From a delta proteobacterium MLS_D (GTDB taxonomy: Bacteria > Desulfobacterota > Syntrophia > Syntrophales > UBA2210), in contig LQBH01000001.1 in NCBI GenBank assembly GCA_002030015.1, forward strand, positions 3,190 through 67,189: 64,000 nucleotides of DNA. Direction: 5' to 3'. The notes beneath the pieces were generated by a model. That model searched no databases. It was not told the origin of the DNA and saw only the letters and a list, made by a program, of their open reading frames with translations. Numbering within the stretch: position 1 is the first letter of the stretch; every line of letters starts with the position of its first letter. This document shows positions 59,911-64,000 of the stretch, piece after piece. A program made the translations under genes and the position numbers.

Positions 59911-61293
59911 ATGACGGGTACGAAACTCTGGAGCGGGCGATTCAAGGAAGCAACCGATGCCCGGGTCGAAGAATTTACGGCGTCGATTCACTTCGATCGG
60001 CGTCTCTACCGGTATGATATCGAGGGAAGCATCGCGCATGCCACGATGCTGGCGCGGCAGGGCGTTATCAGCGACGACGAATGTGCTTCAATAGTCTCCG
60101 GACTCAGGGCTATTCAAGACGAGATAGAACAGGGCGTATTCGTTTTTCACCCGGAACAGGAAGACATTCACATGGCGATCGAGGCGGCACTGATCAGCCG
60201 CATCGGCGATGCCGGGGAAAAACTTCACACGGGCCGCAGCAGGAACGACCAGATCGCGCTGGACCTTCGGCTGTATCTGCGCGATGAAATCACCGGCGTC
60301 ATAGACCGCATCGGCCGGTTGAAACAGGTTCTTCTGCGACGGGCCAGGGAAGAGGTCGACACGATATTGCCCGGATATACGCATCTGCAAAAGGCCCAGC
60401 CCGTGAGACTGTCCCATTATCTGCTGGCGTACCGGGAGATGTTTGACCGGGACGAGGAGCGTCTCAGATCGTGTTTCGAAAGAGTCAACGTCATGCCCCT
60501 GGGATCGGCTGCGCTGGCGGGAACGAGCATACCAATCGACCGGGCCTTTGTGGCTGAATTACTTGGGTTTCCGCGTTTGTCCGCGAACAGTATGGACGCG
60601 GTTGCCGACCGCGACGGGCCGGCGGAATTCATTTTTGCCGCCGCCCTCACGATGGCTCATCTGAGCCGTTTTTGCGAGGATTTGATACTCTGGTCCACCG
60701 ACCATTTCGGGTTCGTGGAAATGGCGGATTCCTTTACCACGGGAAGCAGCATCATGCCTCAGAAAAAAAATCCCGACGTGGCGGAACTGTTGCGGGGAAA
60801 GACCGGGCGCGTCTATGGCGACCTCATATCGCTGCTGACCGTTCTCAAGGGACTCCCCATGACGTATAATCGCGACCTGCAGGAAGACAAGGAACCGCTG
60901 TTCGATGCTGCGGACACGCTCGCATCGTCGCTCGATGTATTCGAGGGACTGGTGGCGACGATGGCTTTTAGAAGAGATCGCATGTTTGAAGAGGCCTCGA
61001 GGGGGTTCGCAACCGCCACGGACCTTGCGGAATACCTGGTCACGCGGGGTATACCTTTCCGACGCGCTCACAACATCGTGGGGCGCCTCGTAGGATACTG
61101 CCTGGAGCAGGGAAAGGATTTCAGCGGTCTTTCACTTGAGGAAATCCGGCAGTTCTATTCGGAGGCTGACGAAACGGTCTTTGAATTTTTTTCCGTTCAG
61201 GCGTCGCCGGATCGCAGGTCGGCGCCCGGAGGAACGGCGAAAAGTGCCGTCCTCCAGAGAATAAAGGAGATAGAAGAAGCGGATGAGCACTGA
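59911..61293 (+). CDS. argH: Argininosuccinate lyase
   Basis: LWSGRF, GRSRNDQ, PGYTHLQ, GSSIMPQKKNPD. Confidence 0.97.
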   Translation: MTGTKLWSGRFKEATDARVEEFTASIHFDRRLYRYDIEGSIAHATMLARQGVISDDECASIVSGLRAIQDEIEQGVFVFHPEQEDIHMAIEAALISRIGDAGEKLHTGRSRNDQIALDLRLYLRDEITGVIDRIGRLKQVLLRRAREEVDTILPGYTHLQKAQPVRLSHYLLAYREMFDRDEERLRSCFERVNVMPLGSAALAGTSIPIDRAFVAELLGFPRLSANSMDAVADRDGPAEFIFAAALTMAHLSRFCEDLILWSTDHFGFVEMADSFTTGSSIMPQKKNPDVAELLRGKTGRVYGDLISLLTVLKGLPMTYNRDLQEDKEPLFDAADTLASSLDVFEGLVATMAFRRDRMFEEASRGFATATDLAEYLVTRGIPFRRAHNIVGRLVGYCLEQGKDFSGLSLEEIRQFYSEADETVFEFFSVQASPDRRSAPGGTAKSAVLQRIKEIEEADEH

Positions 61294-61525
61294 TTTCATC
61301 CGCCGCGTGGTGTGCTTCGCGGTGGTATTTCTGATTTTTTCAGTATCTGTGGCCGGATGCGGGAAGAAAGGAGATCCCCGTCCCTCGCAAGAGGTTTTTC
61401 TCGAAGAGGGGGTTCAGGGAGATTGTTCCGCTCCGGTGGGCGAACATCAACAGGAAAGAACTGCGGGATGGCTTCGCGTATTCGCCGTTAAAACCTGCGG
61501 ACCGACCGGGAATGAATTATTTTAA
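61283..61525 (+). CDS. Small lipoprotein (LptM/YifL-like)
   Basis: Lipobox VAG-C followed by GKKGDP; conserved position before lysA. Confidence 0.65.
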   Translation: MSTDFIRRVVCFAVVFLIFSVSVAGCGKKGDPRPSQEVFLEEGVQGDCSAPVGEHQQERTAGWLRVFAVKTCGPTGNELF

Positions 61526-62786
61526 TTATGTCGAAGGCGAGCTGCACTGTGAGGATCTTTCCGTATCGGATATTGTCGAGAAGGAAGGAACTCCGCTGTA
61601 CGTGTACAGCCTCAGGACGTTAAAGCGCCATTACCAGGTTTTCGACCGGGCGTTCGCCGACATCGATCACCTGGTGTGTTTTTCCGCGAAAGCGAACTCC
61701 AATATCGCGGTTTTGCGGGCGCTCGTCAACGAAGGCGGCGGCGTGGACGTGGTATCGGGAGGAGAGTTATACCGGTCGCTGAAGGCTGGCGCGGACCCGA
61801 AAAAAATTGTCTATTCCGGCGTCGGCAAGCGGCGTGATGAAATCCGTTTCGCTCTTGAATCCGGTATTCTCATGTTCAATGTGGAGTCGCCGCAGGAACT
61901 GGAAGTCATCAACGACACGGCACGAGATCTGAAAACCCTGGCGCCCATTGCACTGCGGGTCAATCCCGACGTGGATCCCCGGACTCATCCCCACATATCA
62001 ACGGGTCTGAAGGAAAACAAATTCGGCATCGACATGGAAGAGTCCGTCGTGGAATATCGGCGGGCCGCTAAGTTCGAACATATCGAGATCGTCGGGGTCG
62101 ACTGCCATATCGGTTCCCAGATAGTCGAGCTGGTACCCTTTCTCGACGCGCTGAACCGAATGAAGAGCATGATAGGGCTGGTTCGCGCGGAGGGAATCAA
62201 CATTCGTTATCTCGACATCGGGGGCGGCCTGGGAATAACCTACGATCGCGAGGAACCGCCCCATCCGGACGATTACGCCCGCGCCATCGTGGAAGAAGTG
62301 CGGGACCTGCAGTGTACCCTGATTCTGGAACCCGGCAGGGTCATCGCCGGGAACGCCGGCATTCTGGTAACGCGGGTGCTGTTCACGAAGGAACGGGACA
62401 ATAAAAGATTCATCATCGTTGATGCGGGCATGAACGATCTTATTCGGCCGAGCCTCTATGATTCGTACCATCGGGTGTTGCCGGTACGGGAAAATGTCGG
62501 TGGAACCGCCGTGGCTGATATCGTTGGTCCCATTTGCGAATCCGGCGATTTTCTTGTAAAGAATAGAGAAATGCCCCGTTTCGAACGGGGTGATCTGATC
62601 GCCGTTATGAGCGCCGGGGCGTATGGATTTACCATGTCGTCGAATTACAACTCGCGGCCCCGTGCGGCGGAATTGCTTGTCAGCGGAAAGCAGGCGACGG
62701 TCATCAGGAAACGTGAAGGTTTCGAAGACCTGGTGCGGGGTGAAACCCTTCCCGGATTTCTGCTCCGCCACGACGGCAACAGGTGA
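61512..62786 (+). CDS. lysA: Diaminopimelate decarboxylase
   Basis: KANSN, HIGSQ, DIGGGLG, EPGR, GPICESGD, SNYN. Confidence 0.96.
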   Translation: MNYFNYVEGELHCEDLSVSDIVEKEGTPLYVYSLRTLKRHYQVFDRAFADIDHLVCFSAKANSNIAVLRALVNEGGGVDVVSGGELYRSLKAGADPKKIVYSGVGKRRDEIRFALESGILMFNVESPQELEVINDTARDLKTLAPIALRVNPDVDPRTHPHISTGLKENKFGIDMEESVVEYRRAAKFEHIEIVGVDCHIGSQIVELVPFLDALNRMKSMIGLVRAEGINIRYLDIGGGLGITYDREEPPHPDDYARAIVEEVRDLQCTLILEPGRVIAGNAGILVTRVLFTKERDNKRFIIVDAGMNDLIRPSLYDSYHRVLPVRENVGGTAVADIVGPICESGDFLVKNREMPRFERGDLIAVMSAGAYGFTMSSNYNSRPRAAELLVSGKQATVIRKREGFEDLVRGETLPGFLLRHDGNR

Positions 62787-62831
62787 TAAAGCAGGTAAAA
62801 ACTCTACAGGTAAGAATGTGAGGAGGCAAAT

Positions 62832-63704
62832 ATGTTCAAGGGATCCATGACGGCTATCGTAACGCCCTTCAAGAACGGGGCCGTTGACGAAGAAAGCTTG
62901 AGACGGCTGGTTGAGTTCCAGATAGAAAACGGAACCGACGGAATCATTCCCTGCGGCACCACGGGAGAGTCAGCCACGCTTTCCCATGATGAGCATCATC
63001 GGGTCGTGGAAATCGTCATTGATGCCGTCGGGAAGAGGATACCCGTTATAGCCGGATCGGGGTCGAACAACACGGCGGAAGCGATCCGGCTCACAAAGCA
63101 CGCCTACGAAGCGGGGGCCGACGGCGTTCTCATGTTGTCTCCCTATTACAACCGACCGACCCAGGAAGGAATCTATCGTCATTTCAAGGCAGTGGCGGAA
63201 GAAGTACCGATACCTATTATTATTTATAATGTTCCCAGCCGGACGGGAAGCAACGTGCTTCCGGAAACCCTGGCGAGGCTTGCCGTTATCGACAACATCG
63301 TGGGGGTCAAGGAAGCAACGGGCGACCTGAAACAGATCAGCTCCGTCGTCAACCTCTGCGGTAACGACTTCTCAGTTCTCTCGGGCGACGACTTCACACT
63401 TCTGCCGATCCTGGCCATCGGCGGAAGAGGGGTTGTGTCGGTTGCGTCAAACGTTATTCCCGGTGACATGGCTGCCATGGTGGATGCCTTCGAAGCGGGT
63501 GATCTGGCCGAGGCACGCAGGCTGCATTACAAGATGTGGCCTCTCATGCAGGCGTTGTTTTACGAAACCAATCCCATTCCCCTGAAGGCGGCGCTCGCCC
63601 TGATGGGAAAAATCGAATACGAATACCGGTTACCCATGTGTCCACCTTCCGATGAAAATTATGAAAAACTCAAAAAGGTCATGACCAGCTACGGACTGAT
63701 ATGA
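62832..63704 (+). CDS. dapA: 4-hydroxy-tetrahydrodipicolinate synthase
   Basis: GTTGES, PYYN, YNVPSRTG, GVKEA, LSGDD, NPIP.K. Confidence 0.97.
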   Translation: MFKGSMTAIVTPFKNGAVDEESLRRLVEFQIENGTDGIIPCGTTGESATLSHDEHHRVVEIVIDAVGKRIPVIAGSGSNNTAEAIRLTKHAYEAGADGVLMLSPYYNRPTQEGIYRHFKAVAEEVPIPIIIYNVPSRTGSNVLPETLARLAVIDNIVGVKEATGDLKQISSVVNLCGNDFSVLSGDDFTLLPILAIGGRGVVSVASNVIPGDMAAMVDAFEAGDLAEARRLHYKMWPLMQALFYETNPIPLKAALALMGKIEYEYRLPMCPPSDENYEKLKKVMTSYGLI

Positions 63705-63756
63705 TGACAGACCGGGGAGTTGTTCGGTCGGCCTGTCCCCGGAGGAGGGAAAAGCA

Positions 63757-64000
63757 GTGATCAGAATAATTGTTCTGGGCGCGGGAGGAAAAATGGGAGG
63801 CAGAATCTGCTCCCTTGTCGACGCCGCGGACGACCTTGTGCTGGCAGGCGCCGTAGAAACACCCGGGCACCCCCTCGTGGAGACTGACATAGGGGAAGCC
63901 CTCGCTCTGAAAATACGGGGAATTCAAATCACGGACAACCTGGAAGACTGCATCGGGCAGGGGGACGTGGTTATCGATTTCACTCATCACGAAGCGGCTG
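63757..64000 (+). CDS. dapB: 4-hydroxy-tetrahydrodipicolinate reductase, N-terminal part (runs off window)
   Basis: Manual translation from GTG 63757: MIRIIVLGAGGKMGGRI...DVVIDFT; RBS GGAGG; follows dapA. Confidence 0.92.
   Translation, partial: MIRIIVLGAGGKMGGRICSLVDAADDLVLAGAVETPGHPLVETDIGEALALKIRGIQITDNLEDCIGQGDVVIDFTHHEAA

Overview
Chromosomal window from an anaerobic deltaproteobacterium. The Desulfobacterota/Syntrophales-like assignment is inferred from gene order and protein style. Layout: (1) 1-19.4 kb: 5' part of selB (minus strand, missed by the ORF track), ruvX-mltG, and a dcw cluster (mraZ-rsmH-ftsL-ftsI-murE-murF-mraY-murD-ftsW-murG-murC-murB-ftsQ-ftsA-ftsZ, no ddl) with a clear sigma70 promoter and three MraZ boxes. 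(2) 19.5-33.2 kb: accessory block with MgtC/DUF4010, an alpha/beta hydrolase, RNase HI, DUF169, an IS-end remnant, an orphan ABC binding protein and the most unusual locus. That locus is an 891-aa FGGY sugar kinase fused to a D-2-hydroxyacid dehydrogenase (YoaC+YoaD-like), then a class II aldolase, a Tat-exported Cys-type sulfatase and its radical-SAM maturase. (3) 33.2-44.2 kb: tRNA-Glu, compact Ski2-like helicase, small basic protein, tRNA-Lys, TIM-barrel protein, dppB/C-type permeases, tatD, a degenerate DUF362-like gene, OFA-type MFS plus SatP, and a flavin oxidoreductase. (4) 44.3-64 kb: trpS-scpAB-rluB, HU/IHF, 4xPAS HD-GYP, miaB, DUF151, DUF3553-xerC-hslVU, argBDFGH, lipoprotein, lysA-dapA-dapB (partial). 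No CRISPR array, rRNA or intact transposase was seen. All calls come from motif recognition by eye; no searches were run.
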